A DNA stretch of 64,000 nt from an uncultured Gemmatimonadales bacterium (GCA_963708135.1 OY970192.1:2560001-2624000); one strand, 5' to 3'. Counted from the stretch's first letter, positions 42,116 through 57,891 are shown. Program-made: numbers and translations. The notes: generated by a model not told the origin, from the letters alone.

Positions 42116-43546
42116 CTACTCGTTCCGCAGCGCGCGCGGGCTCAGCGCGTGCTTCTTCAGCAGGCGGTGAATCGTCTTGCGATCGATTCCCGCCTCCCGG
42201 GCCGCACGCGAGATGTTGCCGTGGTGGCGCTCGAGCAGCTCCCGCAGGTAGGCACGCTCGAACGCATCGATCGCCTCGCTCTTGGCATCGTGGAACGGCC
42301 CGTCCATCCGCACCGGCAGCGGCTGACCGGCGCCGCGCCCACGCTGGATCTCCTCCGGCAGGTCCTCGACCCCGAGCTCCTCGCCCGGCAGCGCCAGCGA
42401 GACTACCCGCTCCATCACGTTCTGGAGCTGCCGCACGTTGCCCGGCCAGTCGAAGGCGACGAGCGCCCGCATCGCCTCACCCGAGAGCCGCAGCGGCGCC
42501 GCGCCGTCACGCTCGTACTCCTGGGCGTAGCGACGCAGGAAGTGCTGCGCCAGGAGCGGGATGTCCTCGCGACGCCCGCGCAGCGGCGGGATCCGGACCG
42601 GCACCACGTTCAGGCGGAAGAACAGGTCCTGGCGCAGCACCCCCGCGCGCACCGCTTCACTCGGGTCACGGTTCGTGGCCGCGATGACGCGGATGTCGAT
42701 CGGGATCTCGGCCGTGCCCCCGACCCGCCGGATCGAGCGCTCCTGGAGCACCCGCAGCAGCTTGGTCTGGAGTCCCAGCGGCATCTCGCTGATCTCGTCC
42801 AGGAAGAAGGTGCCGCCCGACGCGTGCTCGAGCAGCCCCCGCTTCTGCGACTCGGCGCCCGTGAACGCCCCCCGCTCGTGGCCGAACAGCTCCGACTCCA
42901 GCAGGTTCTCGGGAAACGCCGCGCAGTTCACGGCGACGAAGGGCCGCTCCGAGCGCCGGCTGCGCACGTGCGTCGCCCGCGCGATCAGCTCCTTGCCCGT
43001 CCCGCTCTCGCCGCTGATCAGCACGCTCGCGTCCGTCGGGGCGACCCGCGAAACCACCGACGCAACCTGCTGCATGGCCTCGCTGCCACCCACCACGTTC
43101 TCGAGCGAGTAGCGCTCCTGGAGCTGCCCCCGCAGGCGCCGGTTGTCCCGCGCCAGCTGCACTCGGTTGGCCGCCCGCCCCATCAGCACCTGCAGCTGCG
43201 TGGCCGTGAACGGCTTCGGGATATAGTCGTACGCCCCCGCCCGGATCGCCTCGATGCTCGAGTCCACCGTCGCGAACGCCGTGATCATGATCACCAGCAG
43301 ATCCGGATCCACCGCGCGCGCCTCCCGCAGCAGCGCCAGCCCGTCCATGTCCGGGAGGTTCAGGTCAGTCAGCATGATCTCCGGCCGCTGCCGCCGCACC
43401 AGCTCCAGCCCCTCCTGCCCACGGGTCGCCGTCAGTACCGCGTACCCCTCCTGCTCGAGCAGCCGGGCACACGTGCGCACCAGCAGCGCCTCGTCATCCA
43501 CGACGAGCACCTTCAGCGCCGAAGCCGTCTGCGGGTCGGGGGTCAT
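42116..43546 (-). CDS. Sigma54-dependent response regulator (REC-AAA+-Fis HTH, NtrC/AtoC family)
   Basis: GESGTGKE, ESELFGHERGAFTGA, FLDEI, WPGNVRQL, C-terminal HTH. Confidence 0.95.
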   Translation of the reverse strand: MTPDPQTASALKVLVVDDEALLVRTCARLLEQEGYAVLTATRGQEGLELVRRQRPEIMLTDLNLPDMDGLALLREARAVDPDLLVIMITAFATVDSSIEAIRAGAYDYIPKPFTATQLQVLMGRAANRVQLARDNRRLRGQLQERYSLENVVGGSEAMQQVASVVSRVAPTDASVLISGESGTGKELIARATHVRSRRSERPFVAVNCAAFPENLLESELFGHERGAFTGAESQKRGLLEHASGGTFFLDEISEMPLGLQTKLLRVLQERSIRRVGGTAEIPIDIRVIAATNRDPSEAVRAGVLRQDLFFRLNVVPVRIPPLRGRREDIPLLAQHFLRRYAQEYERDGAAPLRLSGEAMRALVAFDWPGNVRQLQNVMERVVSLALPGEELGVEDLPEEIQRGRGAGQPLPVRMDGPFHDAKSEAIDAFERAYLRELLERHHGNISRAAREAGIDRKTIHRLLKKHALSPRALRNE

Positions 43547-43723
43547 GCGATGCCGGGTGAGCGGAACGGGAGGACCGTCGGATCCGTGCAAAGATAGGCC
43601 GCCCCACTGCCTCGCGCCACTTCCCGCCCGCCCGGCCCGACTGCGCCGGACTTCCCGCACCGGCTGGTGGCGAGGCGGGCCGCCAGGGAGCGGCCGGGCA
43701 GGGGCGGTGGGGCCAGGATGCGT

Positions 43724-43764
43724 CAGAGCCCCGGCGCGCCAGTGTTGGGGCGTCCGGGGCTCTG
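43724..43764 (-). terminator. Hairpin downstream of 5S rRNA (possible terminator, no U-tract)
   Basis: Perfect 11-bp stem CAGAGCCCCGG / CCGGGGCTCTG. Confidence 0.5.
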
Positions 43765-43772
43765 GAAGGTGA

Positions 43773-43890
43773 GGCCGGCGACGACGTACTCTCCCACCCG
43801 GTCTCCCGGGCAGTACCATCCGCGCGGCGGGGCTTAACGACCGTGTTCGGGATGGGAACGGGTGTGACCCCCGCGCCATTGCCGCCGACC
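43773..43890 (-). rRNA. rrf: 5S rRNA
   Basis: CACCCGTTCCCATCCCGAACACGG...GATGGTACT...GGGAGAGTA. Ends approximate. Confidence 0.96.
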
Positions 43891-43967
43891 CGAGGCTTCG
43901 GGTCGAGCGGGTCTCGTAGTGCGCCCGGCGTGTGTGCCGAGCTGCAGCGCTCAAGTCCAACAGGAAC

Positions 43968-46969
<3,002 letters not shown>

Positions 46970-47087
46970 TGTTCCTCTCGGCCCCCACCAGCAGACACCC
47001 CCGCAGGAGCACCCGCCAGCTCGGCCAAAAACAACGGCCACACCTCGGCAACACACCTCTCAGCGCTCTACAAGACCCTCTCAACCC

Positions 47088-47102
47088 AAATTGTCAAACA
47101 GC
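47088..47102 (-). promoter_or_regulatory. boxA antitermination element of the 23S leader
   Basis: GCTGTTTGACAATTT versus the rrn boxA consensus GCTCTTTAACAATTT. Confidence 0.7.
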
Positions 47103-47127
47103 GGGCGGCGCCGCGTTCGCGCCGAGC

Positions 47128-47161
47128 ATTATAAGGTAGTCGAGCACGCTGCTCTCGTCAA
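47128..47161 (-). promoter_or_regulatory. Sigma70 promoter of the 23S-5S unit
   Basis: TTGACG-N17-TACCTT, overlapping a TATAAT at 47133-47128, followed by a GC-rich discriminator. Confidence 0.75.
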
Positions 47162-47459
47162 GGGAATCCCGCCGCCCGGGAGGCACCACCCGGCGCAGGG
47201 TGTGGAGGCCGATCCAGGCCCGGGCACCGCGAGCGCGGGATGGGCGATCAGCCGGCCACACGCGGCGCGCCAGGATCCGCGCCGGTACCGGCCGGCGAAT
47301 GCACCGGCGCGCATCCGAGAAGGCTTTGCCGGCGAGCCGAAGGATCTGCGCCGGGCGAGCCTACACGGCGGTGGGAGGCGCGGCGACGCTGGCATCATCC
47401 CGGCCATCCCGGTAGGCTTCCGGCCCGAGGCCAGGAGGTCACGCAGGAGGAGGGTGGAG

Positions 47460-48617
47460 ATGGACACGGCCAGGGTGAGCCGACGCGGAGCGGAACGCTG
47501 GCGCCGCGGACACCCCTGGATCTACCGGAGCGACGTGGTGGTCCCGCCCGCGGGCGAGGCGGGAGCGGTCCGGGTAGTCGATCCCGGGGGCGCCGTGATC
47601 GGCATGGCGCTCTGGAGTCCGGCCTCGACGATCTCGCTGCGGATGCTGACCGCGGTCGAGCGGCCGATCGACGCCGCGTTCTGGAGCGAGCGGATCGGGG
47701 CCGCGGCGGCGTACCGGGCGGCGCTTGCGCCGGATGCCACGGCCTACCGGGTGGCACACGCGGAGGCGGATGGGCTGCCCTCTCTGGTGGTGGACCGCTA
47801 CGGCGAGGTGCTGGTGGTCCAGCTACTCTCTGCGGGACTGGAGGCGTTCCGTGAAGAGGTGGTGGCGGCGCTCCGGGAGCGGCTCGAGCCGGCGGGGATC
47901 CTGGCGCGCAACGATGTTCCAGTGCGCACCTACGAGGAGCTCCCTCGCTCGGTCGAGCTGCTCTCCGGAACGGTTCCGGAGACGGTCGAGGTCCGCGAGC
48001 GCGACGTGCACTACCTGGCGGCACCCTGGTCGGGGCAGAAGACGGGCGCGTTCCTGGACCAGCGTGAGAACCGGGTGCGTGCCGGGTCGCTGGCGCGCGG
48101 ACGGGCGCTCGACTGCTTTGCCTATCACGGCTCGTTCGCCCTCCACCTGGCGCGCGCCGCCGACTCGGTGACGGCGGTGGACTCGTCGGCCGAGGCGCTA
48201 TCGCGCGCGCGGGAGAACGCGCACCTGAGCGGAACGGGAGCCGTCGAGCTGGTGGAGGCGAACGTCTTCGAGTTCCTGCGGGCGCAGGACGCTGCGGGCG
48301 CGCGCTACGAGATCATCGTACTCGATCCGCCGGCATTCGCGAAGCGCCGGGACACGGTGGAGCGTGCGCTGCGGGGCTACAAGGAGATCAACCTGCGTGC
48401 GCTGCGGCTGCTCTCGCCGGGCGGAGTGCTGTGCACCTTCAGCTGCTCGTACCACGTGGGGACGGCGGCTTTCCGGACGATGCTCGAGGCGGCGGCGGCG
48501 GACAGCGGGCGGCCGGTGCGCTGGATCGAGGAGCGGGGGCAGGCGCTGGATCATCCGGTCGTGCTCCAGATCCCGGAGAGCAGCTACCTCAAGGGAGCGG
48601 TCCTGCAGGGGGCGTAA
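47460..48617 (+). CDS. rlmI: RlmI/RlmK-family SAM-dependent rRNA methyltransferase
   Basis: GHPWIY PUA domain, EADGLP..VDRYG, GQKTGAFLDQRENR, LDPPAFAK, SCS. Confidence 0.88.
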   Translation: MDTARVSRRGAERWRRGHPWIYRSDVVVPPAGEAGAVRVVDPGGAVIGMALWSPASTISLRMLTAVERPIDAAFWSERIGAAAAYRAALAPDATAYRVAHAEADGLPSLVVDRYGEVLVVQLLSAGLEAFREEVVAALRERLEPAGILARNDVPVRTYEELPRSVELLSGTVPETVEVRERDVHYLAAPWSGQKTGAFLDQRENRVRAGSLARGRALDCFAYHGSFALHLARAADSVTAVDSSAEALSRARENAHLSGTGAVELVEANVFEFLRAQDAAGARYEIIVLDPPAFAKRRDTVERALRGYKEINLRALRLLSPGGVLCTFSCSYHVGTAAFRTMLEAAAADSGRPVRWIEERGQALDHPVVLQIPESSYLKGAVLQGA

Positions 48618-48700
48618 GGGCACCGGGCCAGAGGCGGACGCGGGACGGGCTGTGCCCGGGCCGCGCCGGAGCGCCGGGAGCGAGCACCGGCGGCGGCGCC

Positions 48701-49516
48701 TCAGCCGACGCCGGCGTGAGCCAGCAGCTCGGGGACGTCCTCCTCGGTCACGAAGAACTCGCCCAGCCGGCCATGCCATTCGCCGTGCCAGTCGGAGCCG
48801 CCGGTCACGATGAGGCCGCGCCCGCGCGCCTCCGCCGTGAAGCCGGCCGCTTCGGCCGCGGTGTTCCGGGGGCGCAGGCACTCCACGCCGTCCAGGCCAT
48901 AGTTGACGAGATCGTCGAGCGCGTTCCCGAAGAGGTCGGCGGGAGGATGGGCCCACACCGCGAGGCCGCCCGCGCCGTGCAGGAGAGCGACGGCCGCCTC
49001 GGGCGTCAGCAGCGCCACCGGCAGGAAGCACGGAGCGGCATCGCCGATCCAGCGCTCGAACGCCTCGCCGAAGCTACGCACGTGGCCGCGCTCGACGAGC
49101 ACCCGCGCGAGATGGGCGCGGCCGACGTGCGCCTCGTCGTCGCCCGCCGCGGCGATGACCGCATCGAACCCGACGGAAACACCGACCCCCTCCAGGAGAT
49201 CGAGCATGCCGTGCATCCGTTCGATGCGCCGGATCCGGGCGCGCCGCGTGTAGGTGAGCAGGGCCGGGTCGGCGGGGTCCACGCAGTATCCCAGGATGTG
49301 GAGCTCGCGCCCGTCGAGCGTGCTGGAGAGCTCGATCGCCGGGATCAGCTCCACGCGTCCGACGGCGGCCGCCTGCGCCGCCGCCAGCCCGGTCACGGTG
49401 TCGTGATCGGAGATGGCGATGACGTCCAGTCCACCCGCGCGGGCGGCCGCCACCACGGCCGCGGGTGCGAGCGCCCCATCGGACGCGTTCGTGTGCAGGT
49501 GCAGGTCTATGTGCAC
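48701..49516 (-). CDS. PHP-domain phosphoesterase (YciV/RNase AM-like)
   Basis: DLHLHTNASDG, SDHDT, AHP, GGSDWHG. Confidence 0.92.
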   Translation of the reverse strand: MHIDLHLHTNASDGALAPAAVVAAARAGGLDVIAISDHDTVTGLAAAQAAAVGRVELIPAIELSSTLDGRELHILGYCVDPADPALLTYTRRARIRRIERMHGMLDLLEGVGVSVGFDAVIAAAGDDEAHVGRAHLARVLVERGHVRSFGEAFERWIGDAAPCFLPVALLTPEAAVALLHGAGGLAVWAHPPADLFGNALDDLVNYGLDGVECLRPRNTAAEAAGFTAEARGRGLIVTGGSDWHGEWHGRLGEFFVTEEDVPELLAHAGVG

Positions 49517-49550
49517 GTTCTGGTCGGTCCCCCCACCACTCTTCCCGGGC

Positions 49551-50204
49551 TCAGCGCAGCGGTCCCCGGCCCAGGCCGAATGCGAGCCCGAACCCGACCG
49601 AGCCCGCGTCGCCGAGGGCCGCGCCCAGCCGGAAGGCGACATCGTTTCCAATGATCAGGTCCATCCCCAGATCCACCGTTCCCTGAAGCTCCGTGTGGCT
49701 GCTGCCCTCGCCGTGCCGAGCCGAGGCGACCGCGAGCGCGATGCGCGGATGGGCGTAGGGCAGAAGCCGGAAATCGTCTCCGGGACGGCCGATCCTGAGC
49801 CCCATGCTGACACCGACCGGCACGCGAAGCAAGGTCCAGTCGGCGGGGAAGATCGCGCCGGCACCAGCCGTCCAGGCCAGGTCGAGCGGCAGCCCCGTGG
49901 CGGCCCCGAGTGTCGCGATCGGAGCAGAGAGCCCGACGCCGATGAGCAGATCGTTCCGATCCAGGCCATCGACGTGCATGAGCCCGCCGCGCAGATCCAG
50001 GTTGACGGTGCTCGCCGGGGTCCGCCACATGGCGACGGCGCCCCAGTCGTATCCCTCATCCGGCTGCACGTAGTAGAAGCCGAGGTCGCGGGTGGCCCAG
50101 GGCGAGAGGAAGCTGGGGGAGTCCCACGCCTGGGCCAAGGCGCGGCCCGGCGCCAGCGCAAGGGCGGTGGCCATCCCGAGCAGGGCGAGGGTCGTCGGTT
50201 TCAT
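49551..50204 (-). CDS. Secreted, probable outer-membrane beta-barrel protein
   Basis: Signal peptide ending ALA-Q and alternating hydrophobic/Gly beta-strand pattern. Confidence 0.65.
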   Translation of the reverse strand: MKPTTLALLGMATALALAPGRALAQAWDSPSFLSPWATRDLGFYYVQPDEGYDWGAVAMWRTPASTVNLDLRGGLMHVDGLDRNDLLIGVGLSAPIATLGAATGLPLDLAWTAGAGAIFPADWTLLRVPVGVSMGLRIGRPGDDFRLLPYAHPRIALAVASARHGEGSSHTELQGTVDLGMDLIIGNDVAFRLGAALGDAGSVGFGLAFGLGRGPLR

Positions 50205-50257
50205 GATCCGATCCCGTGTTCCGGTTGAGCTCGTTGGCAGCGGAAACGCGGGGGGGC

Positions 50258-50273
50258 TGCAACAAGAAGGCCA
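50258..50273 (-). promoter_or_regulatory. Candidate sigma54 promoter for the OMP-PHP genes
   Basis: Minus strand TGGCCTTCTTGTTGCA = TGGC...TTGCA, GG-N10-GC. Confidence 0.6.
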
Positions 50274-50300
50274 GCCGGCGCTTACGCTACTCGCCGATTC

Positions 50301-50561
50301 TCAGTCCGGCTCCGCCCGCTCGCTCAGCACGGTCACGACATCGGCAGCGACCTGGAGGAACCCGCCCGAGACGAAGAAGCGCTGCTCGACGTCGCCTTGG
50401 CGGACCCGCAGATCCCCGCTGCCGAGCAGCGCGAGCAGCGGGGCATGGTGCGGCAGGATCCCCATCTCGCCATCCCACGCGGGCGCCACGACCATGTCGG
50501 CCTCGCCCTCGAAGATCGTGCGCTCGGGGCTGATCACGGAGACGCTCAGGCGGTCCGCCAT
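50301..50561 (-). CDS. atpC: F1 epsilon subunit (short, N-terminal domain only)
   Basis: VISPER, GEMGILPHHAP, VSGGF; 86 aa. Confidence 0.93.
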   Translation of the reverse strand: MADRLSVSVISPERTIFEGEADMVVAPAWDGEMGILPHHAPLLALLGSGDLRVRQGDVEQRFFVSGGFLQVAADVVTVLSERAEPD

Positions 50562-50564
50562 GGC

Positions 50565-52022
<1,458 letters not shown>

Positions 52023-52892
52023 CTATTCCAGCGCCGCGGCGCCACCCACGATCTCGGCGATCTCCTGCGTGATCTGCCCCTGGCGCAGCCGGTTGTACTG
52101 GCGGCGCAGCGCGTCGATGATGTCGCCCGCGTTATCCGTGGCGCTCTTCATGGCCGTGCGCTGGGCGCCGTAGAAGCCGGCCACCGTCTCCACGAGCGCG
52201 CGGTAGATGGCATTGCGCACGTACAGCGGCAGCAGCCGGTTCAGGATCTCGTCCGCCGACGGCGAGAGAATGAGGTTCTGCACGGCGCCGCCCCCCTTCC
52301 CGCCCTCCGGCTCGGCGACCGGCAGCACGCGCACCACGCCGGGCGGCGTGGACATCGCCGAGCGGAACTGGGCATGGACGACGTAGACTGCATCCACCTC
52401 GCGGGACTCGAACCGGGACACCAGCGGCTCGATCAGCGCCGCAGCGTCCTCGGCGGACGGCCGGTCGCCGACGTCGGTTCGTGCGCTGGCGAGCGGCCGG
52501 CCGGAGAAGCGGAAGAAGCTGATGCCCTTGCGGCCGACGGCGTGCAGCTCCACGCCGACGCCCTCGCCCTCCAGGCGCTCGATGAGCGCGCGCGCCTCGC
52601 GGATCAGGTTCACGTTGAACGCGCCCGCCATGCCGCGGTCCGACGTCAGCAGCAGGATCGCCGCGCGGCGAACCTGCCGGGGCTGCCGCAGCAGCGGATA
52701 GCGCTCGCGCAGCTCCGGATCGAGCAGACGCCCGATCACCTGTGCGAGGCGCTCCGCGTAGGGCCGCGCCGCGTGGACCCGGTCGGTGGACCGCTTCAGC
52801 TTCGAGGTGGCCACCATCTCGAGGGTCTTCGTGATCTGGCGCGTCTTCTCGATGGAGCGAATGCGCCGGCGGAGCTCGCGGGTCTTGGCCAC
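52023..52892 (-). CDS. atpG: F1 gamma subunit
   Basis: QITKTLEMVATSK, TSDRGMAG, RQGQITQEIAEIVGG. Confidence 0.97.
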   Translation of the reverse strand: MAKTRELRRRIRSIEKTRQITKTLEMVATSKLKRSTDRVHAARPYAERLAQVIGRLLDPELRERYPLLRQPRQVRRAAILLLTSDRGMAGAFNVNLIREARALIERLEGEGVGVELHAVGRKGISFFRFSGRPLASARTDVGDRPSAEDAAALIEPLVSRFESREVDAVYVVHAQFRSAMSTPPGVVRVLPVAEPEGGKGGGAVQNLILSPSADEILNRLLPLYVRNAIYRALVETVAGFYGAQRTAMKSATDNAGDIIDALRRQYNRLRQGQITQEIAEIVGGAAALE

Positions 52893-54572
<1,680 letters not shown>

Positions 54573-54587
54573 AGTTCCGTTCGTCTC

Positions 54588-55151
54588 TCAGGCGTTTCGG
54601 GTGAGCGGCAGGGCCGCCGCCATGAGCTGTCGCCGCATGGACAGCAGGCGGCGCCGCAGGGACCCATCCATGACTCGGTCGCCGTAGCGGATGACGACCC
54701 CTCCCAGGATGTGTGGATTCACGCGCACGTGCGGCACGACCTTCTTTGCGAGGACGCGCGAGAGCTCGGCCGTCACATCCTCCTCCAGCCTCTCGTCGGG
54801 CTCGCGCGCGAACGTCACCTGCACGTGCACGCGACCGAGGTGCGCATCGAGCAGCGCGCCGTACGCGCGGCCGACCTGCAGCAGCAGGCGCTGGCGGCGC
54901 TTGTCGATCACGACCAGCACGAAGTTGAGGAACAGTGGCGGCACGCGGCCGCGCAGCGCCTCCGCCACCACCTGCTTCTTCGTCGCCGCCTCGACCTTCG
55001 GCGTCTCCAGGAAGACGCGGACGCGCGGCTCCCGCTCGAGCAGCTCGGAGAGCTCGCGGAACGCCGCGGCGAAGGGCTCCAGCGCGTCGTGGCGCAGGGC
55101 CAGCTCGAAGAGCGTCTCCGCGTAGCTCTCGGCAATCGTGGTGTCTCTCAC
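54588..55151 (-). CDS. atpH: F1 delta subunit
   Basis: IAESYAETLF, ILGG..IRYGDRVMDGS. Confidence 0.95.
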   Translation of the reverse strand: MRDTTIAESYAETLFELALRHDALEPFAAAFRELSELLEREPRVRVFLETPKVEAATKKQVVAEALRGRVPPLFLNFVLVVIDKRRQRLLLQVGRAYGALLDAHLGRVHVQVTFAREPDERLEEDVTAELSRVLAKKVVPHVRVNPHILGGVVIRYGDRVMDGSLRRRLLSMRRQLMAAALPLTRNA

Positions 55152-55152
55152 C

Positions 55153-55713
55153 TCAACTCGCCCCCGCTCCGTCCGCCGCCTCGACCCGGCTCAGGTACTC
55201 CTCCACGATACGCCGGTCGTCCTCGCTCCCGAGCCGCTTCTCGATCAGCCGCGACGCCGCCGCCAGCGAGAGCTCGACCGCCTCCCGGCGCAGGTCGTCG
55301 ATGGCCCGCTCCCGCTCCCGCTCGATGTCCTGGCGGGCTCGCTCCAGCATCTCCTCCTGCTGCCTGCGTGCCTGCTCCAGCATCTCCTGCCGCACGCGCT
55401 CCGCGTCCTGTCGGCCTTCGGCAATCAGCTGCTGTACCTGCTGGCGCGACTCCGCCAGCTGCCGCCGGTGGTCCGCGAGTACGCGCGCCGCCTCCTCCCG
55501 GTCCGCCGCCGCGGCCTCGAGGATCTCGCGGATCCGCCGCTCCCGAGCCTCCAGGGCGCCCAGGATCGGGCCCCAGGCATATCGGCCGAGAACGACGACG
55601 AGGGCCAGGAAGATGACGATCGTCCAGATCATCAACCCGCCGTTGATGGTGAAGAGGCCCCCGCTCGCCGCCGGCTCCGCGGCCTCCTGGAGCGCCATCG
55701 AGATCATGATCAT
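55153..55713 (-). CDS. atpF: Fo subunit b
   Basis: N-terminal TM, WGPILGALEARE, coiled coil. Confidence 0.95.
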   Translation of the reverse strand: MIMISMALQEAAEPAASGGLFTINGGLMIWTIVIFLALVVVLGRYAWGPILGALEARERRIREILEAAAADREEAARVLADHRRQLAESRQQVQQLIAEGRQDAERVRQEMLEQARRQQEEMLERARQDIERERERAIDDLRREAVELSLAAASRLIEKRLGSEDDRRIVEEYLSRVEAADGAGAS

Positions 55714-55790
55714 CCGCGTCCGTCCCTTGCCTCACGACCTTCGGCCGGACGCGGGGGCGACGACGCGCCCCCGCTCCGACCGCCGGCTCG

Positions 55791-56081
55791 TTAAAGGATC
55801 TTGTAGAGCAGCTCGATGACGAGTGCGAAGAGCGCAACGCCTTCCACCAGCGCCGCCAGGATGATCGCCGCCGTCTGGATCGTGCCCGCCGCCTCCGGCT
55901 GTCGCGCGATCCCTTCCGCCGCGCGGCCACCGATCAGCCCGATGCCGATGCCGCAGCCGATCACCGCGAGACCGGCGCCGATTCCCGCGCCGAGAATGGC
56001 GAGATTGTTCTTGGCGAACTCCACCGTGGGCGCCGTCGTCTGCGCCGCGCCCTGCAACATGGCCACCACGTTGTGCACCAT
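55791..56081 (-). CDS. atpE: Fo subunit c
   Basis: GxGxG helix, ARQPE loop, LVEG. No Q/ES Na+ signature. Confidence 0.95.
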   Translation of the reverse strand: MVHNVVAMLQGAAQTTAPTVEFAKNNLAILGAGIGAGLAVIGCGIGIGLIGGRAAEGIARQPEAAGTIQTAAIILAALVEGVALFALVIELLYKIL

Positions 56082-56291
56082 CTTCCCTCCAGGAGGTTCC
56101 CGGGATTCAGCACGCTGCGCCCTCCGCAGACGGCCGGGCTCCCACTCCCGGCGCCGCGGCCACCGCTTCCCCGCCCCGCGGGCGGCACGGCATTCTCCGG
56201 CCATCCGGCCGGATACGTTACGACGGGCGGCGCCTGGCGCCGGCCGCCCGAAGGCGCGCCTCCTCGGGGACGGGCGCGCTCGCCCCTTCCG

Positions 56292-57176
56292 CTAGTGCGC
56301 GTGCCGGATCAGCCCGATGAAGACCGACGTCAGCATCGCGAAAATGTAGGCCTGCAGGAACGCCACGAAGATCTCCAGCAGCATGATGGCGACCGCCATC
56401 AGGATCGGACCGACCACCGGCAGCACGAAATGCGCGATCGGTGCCGCGATGAAGATCAGCCCGATGAGCGACAGGATCACGAAATGCCCGGCGTTCATGT
56501 TCGCGAAGAGCCGGATCGCCAGCGCGAACGGCTTCGCGAACTTCCCCATGATCTCCACCGGCGTCATGATCACCAGCATGATCGCCTTGCCGGCGGGACC
56601 CATCCCCTCCGGCGCGAAGAAGATCGTCTTCGCGTAGCCTCGCGGCCCCAGCGCCCGAAACCCCGACACCTCGATCAGGATGAAGGACAGGATCGCCAGC
56701 GCAGCGGTCACCGACAGGTTCGCCGTCGCCGTCGCCCCCCACGGGAACAGGCCCAGCAGGTTCGCGAACAGGATGAAGAAGAACAGGGTCAACACGTACG
56801 GGACGTAGCGCTCTCCACCGTGCCCGATGTTCGCCAGCGCCACCTCGTCGCGGATGAAGATCACGAACGCCTCGAGCACGTTGGCCAGACCCCGTGGCGC
56901 CCGATGCGGCTGCTTCCGGTGCGTGACCTGCGCGGTCCAGATCATCACGACCGCCACCAGGACCGCCGCCAGGAGCAGGAACATCACGTGCTTCGTCGGC
57001 GAGAGGTCGAACGTCACCCCGCCAAAGTGCAGCGGCCGCCACCGCGGCAGATGCCAGACCGCCCCGCCCGGAAGCTCGATCTCGTGCGAGTCCGTGACGT
57101 GGTGCATGATCATCTCGCCTAGCGTCGGCTCCTTGCCGGACACCTGCTGCAGCAGCGCCAAAACCGAGAAGATCAT
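56292..57176 (-). CDS. atpB: Fo subunit a
   Basis: HHVTDSH, FANLLGL, LAIRLFANMNAGH, LQAYIF. Confidence 0.96.
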   Translation of the reverse strand: MIFSVLALLQQVSGKEPTLGEMIMHHVTDSHEIELPGGAVWHLPRWRPLHFGGVTFDLSPTKHVMFLLLAAVLVAVVMIWTAQVTHRKQPHRAPRGLANVLEAFVIFIRDEVALANIGHGGERYVPYVLTLFFFILFANLLGLFPWGATATANLSVTAALAILSFILIEVSGFRALGPRGYAKTIFFAPEGMGPAGKAIMLVIMTPVEIMGKFAKPFALAIRLFANMNAGHFVILSLIGLIFIAAPIAHFVLPVVGPILMAVAIMLLEIFVAFLQAYIFAMLTSVFIGLIRHAH

Positions 57177-57538
57177 GACCCCTGTCGTTCCATCCGGAAG
57201 AACACCGGCTCCAGCAGCATCAGCCCGAACAGCGAGCCCGCGAGCGCGAGCAGCGCCGGCGCTGCCGGCACCGCCCTGGACCTCATCACCCAGAATCCCA
57301 CCACCCCGAGCAGCCCCAGCCGCACCACCGTGCCTCCCACCCACGCCGTCAGGAAGAGCCTGGTGTCGCGCCGCGCGGCACGCAGCAGAGCGAACGCCAC
57401 CAACTGCACCGCCCACGCGAGCACCGCCATCCACGCCACCGCGGCCCCCGCCGCCGCCCCAAGCAGCGGCCGTAGTCCCAGCACTACCACCGCCAGCAAC
57501 ACCGCCCCCACCGCCGCGTAGCCGCCCACGGCCCTCAT
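57173..57538 (-). CDS. AtpI-like membrane protein
   Basis: About 121 aa, four TM segments, ATGA-coupled between the AtpZ-like gene and atpB. Confidence 0.7.
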   Translation of the reverse strand: MRAVGGYAAVGAVLLAVVVLGLRPLLGAAAGAAVAWMAVLAWAVQLVAFALLRAARRDTRLFLTAWVGGTVVRLGLLGVVGFWVMRSRAVPAAPALLALAGSLFGLMLLEPVFFRMERQGS

Positions 57539-57816
57539 GGATGCTCCCCTTCCCCCTTGTCCCCCTTCCCCCCGCGCCGCTTCGGCTCCACGACGAGGTG
57601 GTAGTAGAGACTGTAGAATCCGGCGCCCGCACCCACGAACGCCCCCACGATCAGGAACAGCGGCAACGTCCCCAGCCAGCGATCCACCAGCCAACCGAGG
57701 AACAGGAACAGGGCCGTGCTCAACGCGAACGTCAGACCGTAGCCGAGGTATTCCGCCACGGGGGCGAGCGTCGCCTTCGACGATGGCCTCCCTGGCCGCT
57801 CGCCTGGTTTCGGCAC
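57535..57816 (-). CDS. AtpZ/AtpI-family protein
   Basis: GWLVDRWLGTLPLFLIVGAFVG, first gene of the atp operon. Confidence 0.85.
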   Translation of the reverse strand: MPKPGERPGRPSSKATLAPVAEYLGYGLTFALSTALFLFLGWLVDRWLGTLPLFLIVGAFVGAGAGFYSLYYHLVVEPKRRGGKGDKGEGEHP

Positions 57817-57852
57817 GCAACCTCCCGTCCAGGATCCACACGGCAGTCATGG

Positions 57853-57881
57853 AAGCTATGCGCTTGTGAATTTTTTCGCAA
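57853..57881 (-). promoter_or_regulatory. Sigma70 promoter of the atp operon overlapped by a Rex-like operator (57864-57881)
   Basis: TTGCGA-N17-TAGCTT on the minus strand. Palindrome TTGTGAA-TTTT-TTCGCAA has one mismatch to TTGTGAA-N4-TTCACAA. Confidence 0.7.
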
Positions 57882-57891
57882 GCGGGCCCGC

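Noticed and set aside
43587..43602. Sigma54 motif upstream of the sigma54 activator
   Set aside because: GG-to-GC spacing is 9, not 10; better read as a TATCTT -10 element.
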